Assembly (NCBI GenBank): GCA_905178155.1
Contig: CAJINV010000002.1
Location: 1,029,809-1,093,808, forward strand
Origin: Amoebophrya sp. A120
Taxonomy: Eukaryota > Protista > Dinoflagellata
Length of the DNA: 64,000 bases
Reading direction: 5' to 3'
Positions 10,300 through 23,354 of the stretch are shown here, piece by piece. Made by a program: the position numbers and the translations under genes. The notes beneath the pieces are model-generated. The model did no database searches and was not told where the DNA came from. It saw only the letters and a program-made list of their open reading frames with translations. The first letter of the stretch is position 1. The number at the start of each line of letters is the position of its first letter.

Positions 10300-12450
10300 G
10301 AGCGTTCCCGTAGTCGGCCTCCGATCAAAACACGCTAGCCGAGTGCACTGGTTCCGCCGGGCGGGGTCAAATCCAGACGTGGCAGCCCAGGAGGGAGGCT
10401 GCTGGAGCTTGGCCTGTGCTGTAAGTAAAGCTTGCAGGAGGCAGGCCCGCGGGCCACGACACGCGCGCGGCCTACGTGCCAAGAAAACTAACAACTGCCG
10501 AAACGGCGACGGACATTGCGACTCATCAATTACACCGCGCCAGGGGTGGCTGGAGTCACACAGCGGGCGCAGACAGAGACATCTGTCAGGGCCGCCCCCT
10601 CCTCCCAATGGCGCTTACGTTGGTTAGCGAGACAGAATCAAAGCGGGCGACGGCGCTAGCGATGTGCAGGGCAAGCACCCAGCCCCTGCGCGCTGCCCTC
10701 CGGCCCGGCTGGCGACAAAGGGGGCGGCCAGGCTGAAGGGCATGCCCGCCGCCCCCCTGCCTCGCGGGGCACGGCGGCCGACCAGCTAGCACCAGGGGGC
10801 GGCGGTGGAGACACAACCAGGACCGCCGCCGAGCCGCCCGCCGGGGACGGAGGCAGAAAAGCAAGGCGCGCGCGCCCGCTCGCCGCGGGCTAGCTAATGG
10901 GGTCCACTGGGGCCGCGCGCCTCACTGCCTTCGTTTCGCGCCGGCCCGCGCTCCCGCGCCGCGCCACTTTTTTGTTGTTTCGCTTCCACCCACTTGCGCA
11001 GGTTTCCGGCGGGCCGTCCATCGTCGGCAGACGCCGCGGCACTACAACCATAGCCCGCCGCCCCGCATGCCGGAGGACATGCAACCGCAGCCCCCGCCAC
11101 ACTAATAAGGCAAACAACGGCCGGGGCGAACGCTCTCTGCGGCTCGGTGCAGGTTCTTGGGCGGGCAACCCGCCCTGGTCGCTAGCCGCCCAGCGCCGCC
11201 ACCGCAAGGACCGCGCGAGGCAGGCAGCCACGGAGAACGAGGCACCGCTCCGGCCACTGGCTTCTCAAGCCGGTTCTTGGCTGGGAACAAGGCGAAACGC
11301 TCTCCATCGGTAGCTCTGAAGCAACTCGCATGCAGCTCTCCGTCTAGACGGACTTGCCTTTCATTGACAAATATACTTTTGTCTCAACATACATTACCAA
11401 AGCGACCCCTGTGGTCACTCAGTAAAGCTCGTCCGGAGCCACTCCAAAGCCCGCGTCCCTCATCCGCGATGATTTATTGGAGGTGCCAATCACTTTAGAT
11501 ATCCTACAGCAGTAGTACAGCCACTCCTTTACCTTCCTTTTTTCCTCACAAGTCAGCCTCTCGATTGGAACTGCAACTCAAAGCTGTGCCGGCAGATGAG
11601 CTTCAACGCCTGACAAAAGAACTCCCATCAGGCAAAATTCGTCAAACATGCCAGCCTGGCGCAAGTCATCGGCCGAATGCCATTCGCGGGCCCACCGGAA
11701 TGTGGTCCAAAAACAAGTCGCGTCTAATTAAGACGCACAAACAGGTCGCGCCACACGGGAGACACCACTGACTATCTAGGCTACGACTCCGGCCAAAGGG
11801 TCGGGTGCCGCGCCAGGAGGCGCACCAAACTAACACACACCCACGCACGGACGGGCGCAGGGGGCCCACACTGTCGCGGGCAACCACTTCACCCAAGCCG
11901 GCACTCACACCGTCACGAACTGCCGCCCCACGATGAAACAACGTTCGCGCGCGGGGGCGGCGGGCCGGCAAGGCCAAACGAGGACGCTGCGCAGCGCGGG
12001 CGTGGCACCGCACACGGCAGGCCATTCAGAAAGAAACCAAAAGCCGCCACAGGGCAACGAACGGCGGCCGGGCGAAAAAGCACGCGCCAGCGTTGGGCGC
12101 TGGCCCGCCGGCCGGCGCAGTCTGCCGGCGTGGGCGGGGGGGCGTCCCACCGGGCTGCGCTGGCGGCTTTACTGCTTGGCGGCGCGGGCGCCCTCTCCCT
12201 GTCGGTCGTTGCCTCCTGGCGCTGGCCTGTCTGGCGCGAAGCCTTCACGCGCGACGTCTTCCGGCTGTTCCCTCGAACAGGCTTCGGCGCAGCGGGGTCT
12301 CCCCCGGGCCTGACAGTAGGCGGCCGCGAAGCTCTGGGGGGAGGGCAACTCAGCAAAAGCTAGCGCCACTTCCAGGTGCCAATGTGCTGGCAACTTCCCG
12401 AAGACGCGGAATCACCGCGCTGCCGCCATTGCAGGAAGCGCGGTAGTCGG
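10300..12450. promoter_or_regulatory. GC/CpG-rich intergenic island (two lobes)
   Basis: Abrupt compositional shift; no introners; ORFs are Arg/Ala/Pro/Gly noise. Confidence 0.45.
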
Positions 12451-13535
12451 TCACTGTGAGGAAGGAATCTGCTTCTGTTGCAGCTGTCACATGCTTGCTC
12501 GCGGCGGGGAACAAGAAGGAGACACGCTCGTCATTGGGCGCTGCTAAGCCACTCCGCTCTCCATCACGCGCGGAATTGCTTTTCTTTCAGCACATCTCGT
12601 AGTTTCATAGATACATAGTAGAATGATCCACTCCTGGTACGCTCACGGCCTCCCTCCTCGTCACTAAAGTACAACCCTCTGCCGTGCCCGCCCCGGGGCG
12701 AAAACGGACCAACGCACGTCGAAAAACAAGAAAAGACAACCTCTGCTGGCGCTTCCTGCTAAACCCGCCGGAACCAGTGTTCGTGGAGGAGGGTCCGCTT
12801 CTACTCCCTGTTAACGTGCGGCATTACAAACCTGCTGAAACGCGGGGAGACAGTTGTGATGGCAACTTCGGACAACGATTGTACGTGCGTATCTATGGTT
12901 ACTGGTGTTAAAAACTCCAGTCAAAGCTCAATACTAGCCAGGTTCTTCGTCGGTCTTGTCCTTTGCTAATTGTTATGGTGGCAACATACTATTATTTTCC
13001 GTGATTCTAGTCTCTTGTTGGTAGAAGAAAACGAAAAGGTCGAAAACCATAGTGGTACTATCGATGTCAAATTACTGGTTTCTTTGCAGAAAAGCCGAAA
13101 CAAATTACATTTTTGGTCGTTAGAAGCAGGCATGGCTACCATGACACGTGCAGCTCCAAGTCAAGCTCACAGGAAAATTTGCATTTTTCACTCTCAGGCG
13201 TCGTTTCACTTTTTCATGCATTTCCATTTTCACTATTTTGACTTATCAATCTTACTGTTTTGTTTTCTACAGTCGATGAAAAACACTTTTCTCGGATGGT
13301 TTAAACTTCTGAAACTTGTCGATGAATGATTGAAATCTATTGCTAATTCTATACCGTTCTAGTACTTTCTGGTACTGTAGCTACTCCAACTTCTATTTTC
13401 ATTTTCTCCCCGCCTCTCCTGCCACAGAACCGCCATTTCCCGCGTCTCCTCCCCCACCATTATTCCCGTAGCCACCAGGAGTTGCTTCCACCTCATTGTT
13501 CCTCGGCTTCATCGAGAAGCACATCCCGAAACGGC

Positions 13536-13693
13536 TATGAACTGCAGAAGTGTCGTACTCGTATAAATGCATTTGCATTCATAAATATCCTCAGCATCAG
13601 AAATCAAATTTGTAATGCGGATATACGTTACGAAAAAGATTTGTAATGCATGACTGCAAAACCAATACGAGTACGATACTTTTGCAATGCATA
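13536..13693. mobile_element. Introner family C (TIR core GCAAAAGTATCGTACTCGTA)
   Basis: TSD ACGGC/ACAGC; empty paralogous site at 18535-18539. Confidence 0.9.
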
Positions 13694-13783
13694 ACAGCCA
13701 CCCGCTAACGATCTCCGCTTCCTTTCATTCAACTGCCAAGTGGATGTCTTCCCCACAATGTTGTCCGACTGCAGTTCTTTAAT

Positions 13784-14100
13784 TATGGATGTGTCAGGAT
13801 CGAGGTCAACAAAATTGAAAAGTTTGTGATGCGCAAAATGAATCCAGGGCACTGAAGGCCTCCCTGTATTGGGGAGCAGGCAAATGAGACCGACTGTGCG
13901 CCGCCTGTTTAGGGGTATACAATGTGCTGCCAGAGTAGCATGACAGAAGGAGTCTTCTTTGTCCAAACAGCATGACACACTGGATTTGGGTTCTCCCGAA
14001 ATTTTTCATGCGGCACTTGAAGACTGATGCTCCAACTGACATCGATTTTGTGCATCACAAGTTTTTCGATTTTGTCAATTTCGATTCTGACACCTCCATA
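13784..14100. mobile_element. Introner family E (TIR TATGGANGTGTCAGG...AAANTTGAAA)
   Basis: TSD TTAAT/TTAAT; empty paralogous site at 18617-18621. Confidence 0.9.
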
Positions 14101-14210
14101 TTAATCCGTCCGCTTTGAGCACTTCCGGTGGCCGTGGTTTGTTCTTGTACAGTTTCAAACGGTAGATCGCCTGTAGTTTTTCCGGGTACGAGCACGTTGT
14201 GCATCATGTT

Positions 14211-17200
14211 AAACTTGGCCTGTTGGAGTTGGTTTTGGAATTTGGTATTATTTCTAGTTGATGGAAAATGGAAAATCAATATCGGGATTTTGATTTTTAC
14301 CGGATGTGGTAACAACGAGCTACGGAGAGCTGCAGAAAATTAGGATCCGCTTCTGAGGACCCATCGGGAAAAGAAAAATACGAAATTCTGCAAGGATCTT
14401 CGCGCACCAAAATCGTAGTTCTTTTGGTTATGCTTGTTATGCAACCACCTTGAATTATACGCGTGGAAATGCACCACACGAAATGATTTTTTTTGTAATG
14501 TATCTATTGTAACCACCTTCTACAAACGATCTCTTCGCGATTGTTCACAGCTTATTTTACAAGTATTTTCTAAACAAATTTCATAGAACTGGATGATGGA
14601 GGAGGAGGAGCAATGCTTTTATTTTGTTGATAAATTTCCCATCCAAAAGATGATGATGACGACCTTGAGCTTTCGATTTTTAGTTTGGAACTCAGAGCAG
14701 CTACTGGCGATTTCGGAATTTATTTATTTTATGCTTATGGAAAAAAGTACGTGAAAAAGGACTACGTAGTTCAAGGAAAATGACCTTCCTTGATTCTGAT
14801 GTTGCGAACTTTCAGTGCGTATTTTTGTAGTTCTTTTTCCTCTGTTGACAACTTCAGATCAGCGCTGTTTCAGATTTCTACCGTCACATCTAAATTTTTG
14901 GCGTTTCATGAGATGCAATTAGAAATTTTCTAATCTCGGTGGCTGGATGTGAGAGAATGCCTCGCGCTAGTAATCGGGGCCGACAAGAATATCAGAATCG
15001 TACATGTCGGACCTCAAGCTCATTTCGGTGTTGCGCTCGCCTGTCCGGGGTGTCCTCATCACGAGTCTGCGCGCAAACAGGAGGATAGGGATACGCGTCA
15101 ATAGAAATAAACAAGCTCTCCTTTTGCGTATAGAAACAGCCCTCGCACTCGGACTTGCAAATACTTAAACAGACTCCGCCGGTCTCAAAGCGATATAGCG
15201 TCAACTTCGCCGGAGCTGACCAGGCCTCCAATATGTGAATGTTGAAAACCAAATAAACCTGTCACCAAGCAGCGGCCCGCGAAAAGCGGACACGGCACCA
15301 CCGGCCTACATGCGTTGTAGCTAGAAGGGCCCCCAGGCCCAGCCGTCTCATAGTCCGGCCACATCGAGCATGAGACGAAGGTAGGACGGAGGGAAACAGG
15401 CCAGCACGACCGCAACTCCAACGAAGGAATATCGCGCCAGAGGGCGCGCGCAATTATGCGCGCGCACGCGCGCGCCGGGGGGAGGCGGGCGGCACGTCTC
15501 AGACAGAGAGGCAAAATCGCGGCAGGCAAGTCCGCCGACTTCCACACCCCCGGGAAACATGCAGAAAAGGTGGCGAGGCAATATGTATCAACGATGCAAC
15601 ACCGGGCGGCCGGCCGGGGCGAGCCAGCTAGACCAAATACCCCCGGGCCGTGAAGGGTCTTCTACATAATGGCGCTGCCGCGGGCCGCCGGGGTGCATCA
15701 ATCTGCGCGACGATGTCGCCCAAAAGGACGACGTCGGAGCTGCGCCGGATGCGTGTTTCCGCTTTGCCGTGTTTTCCCTTCGTCCTGCGCTTGAAAGCAA
15801 CGCTGAACACAGACCGAAGGCCCTCCGGCGCCGATCCGTCTGCCTTCGCCCAAATCGAAACGCTCGGGCTCCCGCCTCTTCCAGGGCCATACCTGCCCAG
15901 AGTGATAACATCGCTGGGCCGTGGAGGGTCCACCAGTGGCGCTCCGTCCTGCCGCGCGCCGGCGGCGTACATCTGCAAGACCGACCGTGCCGCCCGCAAG
16001 CCACCGGGCGGCCGGCGGAAATGAGGCGCGCCGGGGCGCTGGGTGGGGCAGTTTCTGGCGGAAGGAGGCGACGCGCGCAGCCTGGGCGACGCGATTGCGA
16101 TAGGATACTCAGCTTGTTGGCCGTTGCGTTGGTTTGGCCCGCTTCTCGGCACTCATACTTTTTTTCCTGCTGATAGGGCCCAGCCACATCTCGCCCACCA
16201 GCCCCGCGCCAACACGCACACACAGAAACAAAGGCGGCCGCGGATATCGAGCACAACACAACACACGAGCCAGCGCCCCCTCTCCCTCCATGATCGCCGC
16301 CTCTCGGATGGCCGGCATGATCGCGGCCGGCGCAAGCCCTGGGCGCCACCGTGGTAAGCATCAGCGCACTAGAAATAGACCACCTTGGAAGAAGCTGTAC
16401 CTGCTGCATGTTGATCATTGGCTGGAGGGGATGGACGACAACAAGCATGAGTCACACTCGTCATTGACTGCTTCAAAGCCTCTCCCCCCTCAGTCAAGCT
16501 CACACAAAAATGCCGGTCTAGTTTACTCATAGACCCTCCACCGCTCCTGGAACGCTCTGTCCCGACCCGGTAGATGAGCCATGTCAATTCCCTCGACCGG
16601 CAGAAGAGTTTTGTCTGAGCAAGCTGCCTGAGGAACTCTCATCAAACAAAAGTCGCCAGCTATACCTGACGCCATTCGGGGCACAGCCGGAGCGCTGTCA
16701 TGCTGCCCGATAATATATCATTTCATTTTATTTGAAACACACACACAGGCAACATCGGCGCCACACAAGAATGAAAGCCCACCGCCAGCACGGCTGTGGC
16801 CCCAACGAGAGGTCGCCACGCCAGAAAACGGGCCAAGCACGCACGCATGGGCGCAGGGCAACACACAAACCCCCGGAGCGCGGGCAGCGCCCGCAACACC
16901 GTCAACAACTAGCTCGCCCACCGGCCCCTTTGCACAGACGGCGGAACACGCTGGGGCATGAGGCGGCCGTTGGGGTAAAATTGAGGCCCGGGCGGCCGAC
17001 AGGCAGACTGGCTGCCCGCGCGGCCGGCCGCAAAGAAGATGTGAGAGGGCCACCATTGGGCGACCGGCGGAGGCAAACAGGCCGCACGGGCACCAGTGGC
17101 GCCGGCCGGCGAGGGAGGGCGGCAAGCGGGCGGCGGCGGCGTGCGCGGGCTCGTCTTCGCGTTTTTTTTAGCGCCTTGCTGCTTTGGGAGTCGGAACACG

Positions 17201-18737
17201 GCCGCCGCGCGCTCTGGAGCTTCTTGCCAGACTTTGCTGCGCCATCGAGCCGGGCGATGCCCTACTTTCTTCGCAGCACCCACCCGGCCCACGGGCCACA
17301 GATCAAGTGCCCGCGGGCGAGGGTTTTCGGGGTATGGAAGAACGCACTTGGCCGCGCCATCCCCCCCCTGCGGCGGCCACTTCGCGTCGCCGCCATTGCA
17401 GGCAACGCGCTAGCCGGCGACCGCGAAGAGGGCGCCTGCGCCGCCTGCAGCCGGTTGCCATGGTAAGCGCAAGCGTGCTTCGCTAGAAACAAGGACGAGG
17501 CCGCGCAATCGTCGTCGGAAGCTGCAACCGAGCCACTTAACATACCATCACATCACGACAAGGAATCGCTTCACAAGTTCTATATTTACAGAAAGTAGAA
17601 CCGCTCCTGAAACGCTCGCGCTCTCCATCAAGGCTGTAGATCAGCCACGGCAGTACTGCCCTCGTTTGATCCCCCACCGCATCAGACTTGCGGCGAAAAC
17701 GTAACACCACACGAAAACGAAAAGATGAGCAAGAACCGCTGGCGTTTCCTACCTGACCCATCGAAAAACCAGTGTTCGTTGACGAGGGTCCGTTTGTATT
17801 CCCTCCTGTTGACGTGCTCCATTACATCAACCCTGCTGAAACGCGGGGAGACAGTTGTGATTGAAACTTCGGACAACGAGGGTGCGTGTCGTCGTGTATC
17901 TATGGTTTACTAGTGTTAACTCCAATGTTCAAAGCTCAATACTAGCCATGTTCTTGGTCTTGCCCCTGGCGAAGAGAATCAAAATGTAATTATTGTGGCA
18001 AGAACATACTGCTTTCCGTGATTCTATTCTGTTGAAACCGTACTACCCGTAGTCATTGTGTGGGGCGTTAGAAACCATGGCAAATAAACTACTTCATGGT
18101 CGAAAGCTTGCAACACAAATACAATTTTAATTTTTGTCATGAGAAACAAGTATGTCTACCATGACACGTGCAGCTCCAAGTCAAGCTCACAGGAAAATTT
18201 GCATTTTTCACTCTCAGGTGCCGTTTCACTTTTTCATGCATTTTCACTATTTTGACTTATCAATATTACTGTTTTGTATTCTACAGCCGATGCAAATTAT
18301 TTTCTCGGATGGTTTAAACTGAAACTTGTCGATGAATGATTGAAACCTATTTCTAATTCTATACCGTTCTAGTACTTTCTGGTGCTATAGCTCCCCCAAC
18401 TTCTATTTTCATTTTCTCCCCGCCTCTCCTGCCACAGAATTTCCACTCCCCTCTCCTCCGCCACCATTCCCACAGCCACCAGGAGTCGCTTCCACCTCAT
18501 TGTTCCTCGGCTTCATCGAGAAGCACATCCCGAAACAGCCACCCGATAACGATCTCCGCTTCCTCTCATTCAACTGCCAAGTGGATGTCTTCCCCACAAT
18601 GTCCGACTGCAGTTCTTTGATTCGTCCGTTTTGAGCACTTCCGGTGGCCGTCGTTTGCTCTTGTACCGTTTCAAACTGGTGTAGATCGCCTGTAGTTCCA
18701 CTTCCAGGTACGAGCACGTTGTGCATCATGTTAAACT
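14211..18737. repeat. Tandem segmental duplication, unit 2
   Basis: See unit 1; junction microhomology AAACT at 14211-14215. Confidence 0.85.
15250..17530. promoter_or_regulatory. GC/CpG-rich intergenic island (two lobes)
   Basis: Composition; positional paralog of 10300-12450. Confidence 0.45.
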
Positions 18738-21700
18738 GATCTCCCTCCAGTACCTCATTCTTCAGCGGCGACTGTTTCCACTTTCCTTTCTGGCTCGCAT
18801 GATTGTTCACGGAAGTGGTCGTTGTCAGGAAACTCCGGATGCTGGAGGTTATTGACGCTAATCCTAGACCCCGTAAAGACCTGCTGTTTCCGTAGTGCAC
18901 TAATTTCGTCGTGGATTTTACTCTCCCGACTGTCGACGTGGTTTTATTCCCGGTGGTATCCTGTGCAAAAGTATCGCGCGCGTAGTACTAAAACTAATTG
19001 CAAATATGCATGACAAATATTTTTCTTAGGGAAAAACAGCATTACAAATTAGAATTACACTTTTCTTCTTGCCAAAATTTGTCATGCAATTTCTACTAGT
19101 ACGGTACTTTTGCAATGCGTAGGTAGTAGATGAATCAAACCCGGCGATTTGTACCCCCATTCCGGATTTCGTCTTCTCCAAGGGCATGTCCTCTTGAAAA
19201 TCCAACAAAGTTCCCTTGGGCGGGGCGCGCTTGCTGTTTTTATCCACGAGAATGATGTCTCTGGAGGGGTATCCTGTGCAAAAGTATCGTATTCGTAATC
19301 GTATTGCAATCATGCATTACAAATCTTTTTGTTAAGTCAAATACGCATTACAAATCTTATTTCTCATGCTGAGGGCGAAATTTGTAAATGCATTTATACA
19401 ACTAGTACGATGCTTTTGCATTTGATAAGGGGAGGTAGGCGTCAATTCCTTCTTTCTGAATCAACTCGATTCTTTCCAAAACGTTTTGCTTCACCACGTA
19501 CCAGCAGTCTTATCCTGTGCAAAAGTATCGCACAACTCGTAGTTTAGTACTAATCGCAATTATGCATCACAAATCCAGTTTCCAAGGCATATCTGCATTA
19601 CAAATCCAATTTGTAATGCTGAGCCTATTTGTATTGCGATTTATACTAGTACGATAACTTTTGCAATGCATAAGTCTATCATGTTGTCGATCCCGAACAA
19701 AACCCCGTCTTCGTGGTTCCCTGGTTGCCATATCCTGTGCAAAAGTATCGCACTCGTACTAATCGCAATCATGCATGACAAATCATGTTCTTAAGGTAGA
19801 ACAGCATGACAAGTTCCAGTTTTCATGCTGAGCAAATTTGTAATGCAAATGCCATTTATACTAGAAGGGTACTTTTGCAATGCATATGCCACGGTACCCG
19901 GTGGTTCAATTCGACCGTCACTTGATCTGTTGAGGCTGTAGAGGAAGATTTTGTTTTTACAACTACCGGGGGGGTAATGGTATTACTGGCAGTTGCAGCA
20001 GTTCCTGTGTTGCCAACTCGTGCTCCCTTGGAAGAAGGTGATGCTGCACCTGCAGTAGAAGGACAAGTTGTCTGGTACACTGGGTGTGTTTTCGCCAAAT
20101 CTATTAATGCGATACAGGACTTGGCGTGTTTGTCTGCCACCATGAGCAAGGAGCAGCCGATGAATTCGTGGCGGCGGAAAAAGGGCGAAACTATCGCGTC
20201 CATGCGGAAAGAGTGAAGGCTGTGAGAATGTTGATGGATTCCAATCGGGTAGAAATCACCATGACAAACTCGATTTGTCTTCCATGAGAATGCATGAGAA
20301 ACTACTTGATCAAAAATTCAAAACAGTTCTGTACTCTTGCAGGAAGTTGTCGCAGATCTTCACGCATTTTTCCAGCTGCTCCTCGTTAATCTTTATCCAC
20401 TGCAAAACCACCGTACTTCTAGCTAGTTGTAATTATCGCCATCGTGCATGAGAGATCCTCCCTCATACCTAACGCTGCATCACCAGTTGCAATTTCAATC
20501 GAAAAGAATATAGAAAAAAAATCTAAATTTGTCATGCGATGACGATCTATACAACTGACGAGTACGATCCTTTTCCCCGCCTCCATAACCTCCGATGGCG
20601 CCGTTGGGTTCTTTCCACCTGTCGACTTCGCTTTCGACACGGTTCTTGTGGTGACGAGCGGTAGAAAAACGGTGGACAAGAATTTTACCACGTCCTCCTT
20701 CGTTTTGTTCTGCTGCAGTTCTGCCTTCGTGATGCACACCTTATGCCCCGCGCAGCCGTCAATACGCCAACCCTCTGCGGCGGTGGTTGTTTGCGAATCA
20801 TGGATGGTCATCCACCTGATAAGCGAATATAATAGTGGTTGGCGTTTGGTGATGCTGATGTCAACTAACATTTTTCAAGAGGGTGGCGCAATGGAGAAAC
20901 TACTGAAATGATCGGATGCAAACTGCGCATGACAAATCGGCATCATGAAAAATATACACAAATTATACCGGAACTTCGTTATCTTCCTTCTTTTATCCTG
21001 TGCAAAAGTATCGTAGTCGTACTCGTATCAATGCAAGTCTTGCATTACAAATCTTTATCTTAAGGGAAATCCGCATTACAGATTTTCTCTCTCATGCTGA
21101 GGAAATTTGTAATGCATTTATACGAGTACGATACTTTTGCAGTTCATATCTTTCCTTCTCCTCGTCTGTTAACAGCCACGGTGCGAGTGCCTCTGCTTTC
21201 AGAAACAGATCCTCCCTTAAGGTCTTATGGCGTTCTCAAGCGTTACTGTTACATTCTCAGCTGTCTCAGCTGTTCCGTGATTTGTCATGTGCAATGCGCA
21301 TAAGCATCCACACGAGAAAGCTACTTCGCATGACAAATTTTTGAAGACCTAAACATCAAATTTGTAATGCGAGAGGTGCAAGCTCCAATGTTTTACTTTT
21401 GCCATGCTTGCATGGCAAATTCATGTACCAGTTGAGAATGTACCGTTTGAGAACGCCATAGGTTTCGTTTTTCGCTTCGGACTCCAGGAACGTGCGGAGA
21501 CCCAGCTTGCAGTCGAGGACGAAACTGATGTGTGGTTTTTTTTATTTTTCGCATAGGTACGCATGGGTAATTGGAATTGCATGACAGAATCTTCATGTGA
21601 TCGCAATATGCATGACAAACTTCAACTTCTGCACCTACCAAAGCACCACAGGTTCATCTTCAAAACACCAAAACACTCGAAATAAACATCAAGTACGCTT

Positions 21701-23010
21701 CGTCATAGTCCTGGTTCGTCAGGTTCTCCAGTCGCAAATATTCCTTGCCAGTTTCCGGATCGGTTGTCTCCCCGCCGTAGTGCGGCGTCCAGTTCTGCAA
21801 GGGGTCTGCGGAATTGGAATATAGTTCCTTGTAATTTTTCGCCTCCACTGGGTCCTTCTTTTTTAAAATGTACCCACTCGCCTCTTCATCGTTCAACACT
21901 TCTTTCACCACGTCTCCCGCGTATGCATTGCAAAAGCACTGTACTAGTAGTTGCAATACAAATTTTTCCAAACGAGTAATGTGGAATTGGATACACGGAC
22001 AAAATTTGTCATGCATGGTTGCAAATCCAAATTAATATAGTACGGGTACGATCCTTTTGCATTGCATACTGCGTGTCCGGCCGCTATTCTGGTCAAATGT
22101 CGCATGTTGGACCGGTGGGTGATCCGGGTTTTGGGGACGGGACTGTGATTTTCATTTTCGGTTAAGGTTCTATATGAAAGAACGTGAAACAATTGCAATT
22201 GGAACAGGAGCTAAATTTGCATTATGCATTTCACCCTAGGTAGAGGCAGCAAGAAATGCTTGCGCCTCGTAGTGCATTGACACAGCACAAGTTAACGACG
22301 TATTTCTATTTACTATATTTTTACCTCAACACCCTTCTGCTCGATCCCGTCCCGATTTTTATCAAATGTAAAAATGTCTGGGTCTGGAAGAATGCAAGAC
22401 TTGTGATGCAGGTTTTCCATGACCCACGAGGTCTGGAATGCGAGACCCAGCATGACAGATTTTTTGAGGTCTCTATCATGCCTTTCCTGCATAAGAAACT
22501 CCCTCTCAACTTCGTCAAAAGCGGACAGCTTTTGGTACTCACGCAAGGCAGATTTTTGCGTCATTCAGATTTAGCATGACAAGATTCAACCTTCCAGACC
22601 CAGACATTTTTACATTTGATAATTTTCATCAAACTACTACACGCCCGCTTCGACGACCCATCCTCACCCGCGTGACTTGCTGTTGCGGACGAACTTTGCC
22701 CATCGTTGGTAAAGTTCCGCTCGATCAGCCGGTCTACGACCACCGCGGGGGAGTCAATTGTCGGGGACTCCGCGGTGCTGGAGGGTACCGCGGTGGACTG
22801 GTTATTGTTGTCTTTTTCGAACGTGTCTACCTCATGATTGCTATCGTTGTTCGCGGTGGGTGAGAAGTTGCCGTTGTGGTTGTGAAAGTTGACGGAGTTC
22901 GGAGGAAGGGGCGGCGTCGCGTCCGCGGGTGGAGGGGAGTCGGAAGTGGGGCTCGCGAAGTGGGCTTGGCGAAGGGATTCCAGTTGGGCGGACGTGATGG
23001 GGCCGCCCAT
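18409..23010 (-). CDS. Inositol-trisphosphate 3-kinase-like (IPK family), multi-exon
   Basis: Spliced motifs in correct order: IAAGH, EYLRLENL, VLDCKLGLRTFLE, ITKFRWM...GWRIDG, FFRRHEFIGCSLL, LIDLAKT, HRVPWQPGNHEDGVLFGIDNM. 8 introners plus GT-AG introns at 20220-20334, 20400-20565, 20816-20968 and 21525-21696; one intron near 22170-22324 is unresolved. Confidence 0.9.
18957..19121. mobile_element. Introner family C
   Basis: TIR, TSD GGTGG/GGTAG. Confidence 0.85.
19270..19427. mobile_element. Introner family C
   Basis: TIR, TSD AGGGG/AGGGG. Confidence 0.9.
19511..19672. mobile_element. Introner family C
   Basis: TIR, TSD AGTCT/AGTCT. Confidence 0.9.
19731..19886. mobile_element. Introner family C
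   Basis: TIR, TSD TGCCA/TGCCA; interrupts PW|QPGNHEDG. Confidence 0.9.
20994..21148. mobile_element. Introner family C
   Basis: TIR, TSD TCTTT/TCTTT. Confidence 0.9.
21226..21460. mobile_element. Introner family D (TIR TATGGCGTTCTCAA...TTACATTCTCAACTG), 235 bp
   Basis: TIR, TSD GGTCT/GGTTT. Confidence 0.9.
21922..22068. mobile_element. Introner family C
   Basis: TIR, TSD CCGCG/CTGCG. Confidence 0.85.
22360..22621. mobile_element. Introner family A
   Basis: TIR, TSD ATTTT/ATTTT. Confidence 0.9.
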
Positions 23011-23354
23011 GGTGGGTGCTGGGAGGGTTTTTATTTCGGTGGCGAGGTGGCAACGCTGCTCGGCCCTGGTGCTGCTGACGGCCCCATTAGCAATAGCATG
23101 TAGATGAAAGTCGATTTTTTTTGTTGTTCACGAACGTCAACAAACAGACCTTTTCCTTTCTCCCTCTCTGTCAGGAGATCGCGATGCTTTGGTCCCATCC
23201 TCCACCACACTCAGGACCGACCTCTTCACGAAGAGGGTCCTCACTTCGGTGTGAGTGAACACAGCTGGCTGGCAGGCTCCAAACAACCTCCGGTAGCCCA
23301 CTTGATAGGTTCCATGACAATCGTGTTCTTCTTCATACACACAAGTACAAACTA

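Larger units (their letters stand above)
9355..14210. repeat. Tandem segmental duplication, unit 1
   Basis: 9355-10200 aligns with 14211-15050, and 12700-14215 aligns with 17700-18737. Confidence 0.85.
13399..14215 (-). pseudogene. Truncated duplicate of the last exon of the IP3 3-kinase gene, with two introners
   Basis: FNMMHNVLVPG...GRIKELQSD...AGEAGRK* is paralogous to 18409-18737; lacks the kinase domain. Confidence 0.7.

Noticed and set aside
18957-22621. Nucleosome-phased insertion as in algal introners
   Set aside because: Family C is about 155 bp, but intervening exons of about 58, 83 and 148 bp show no consistent phasing.
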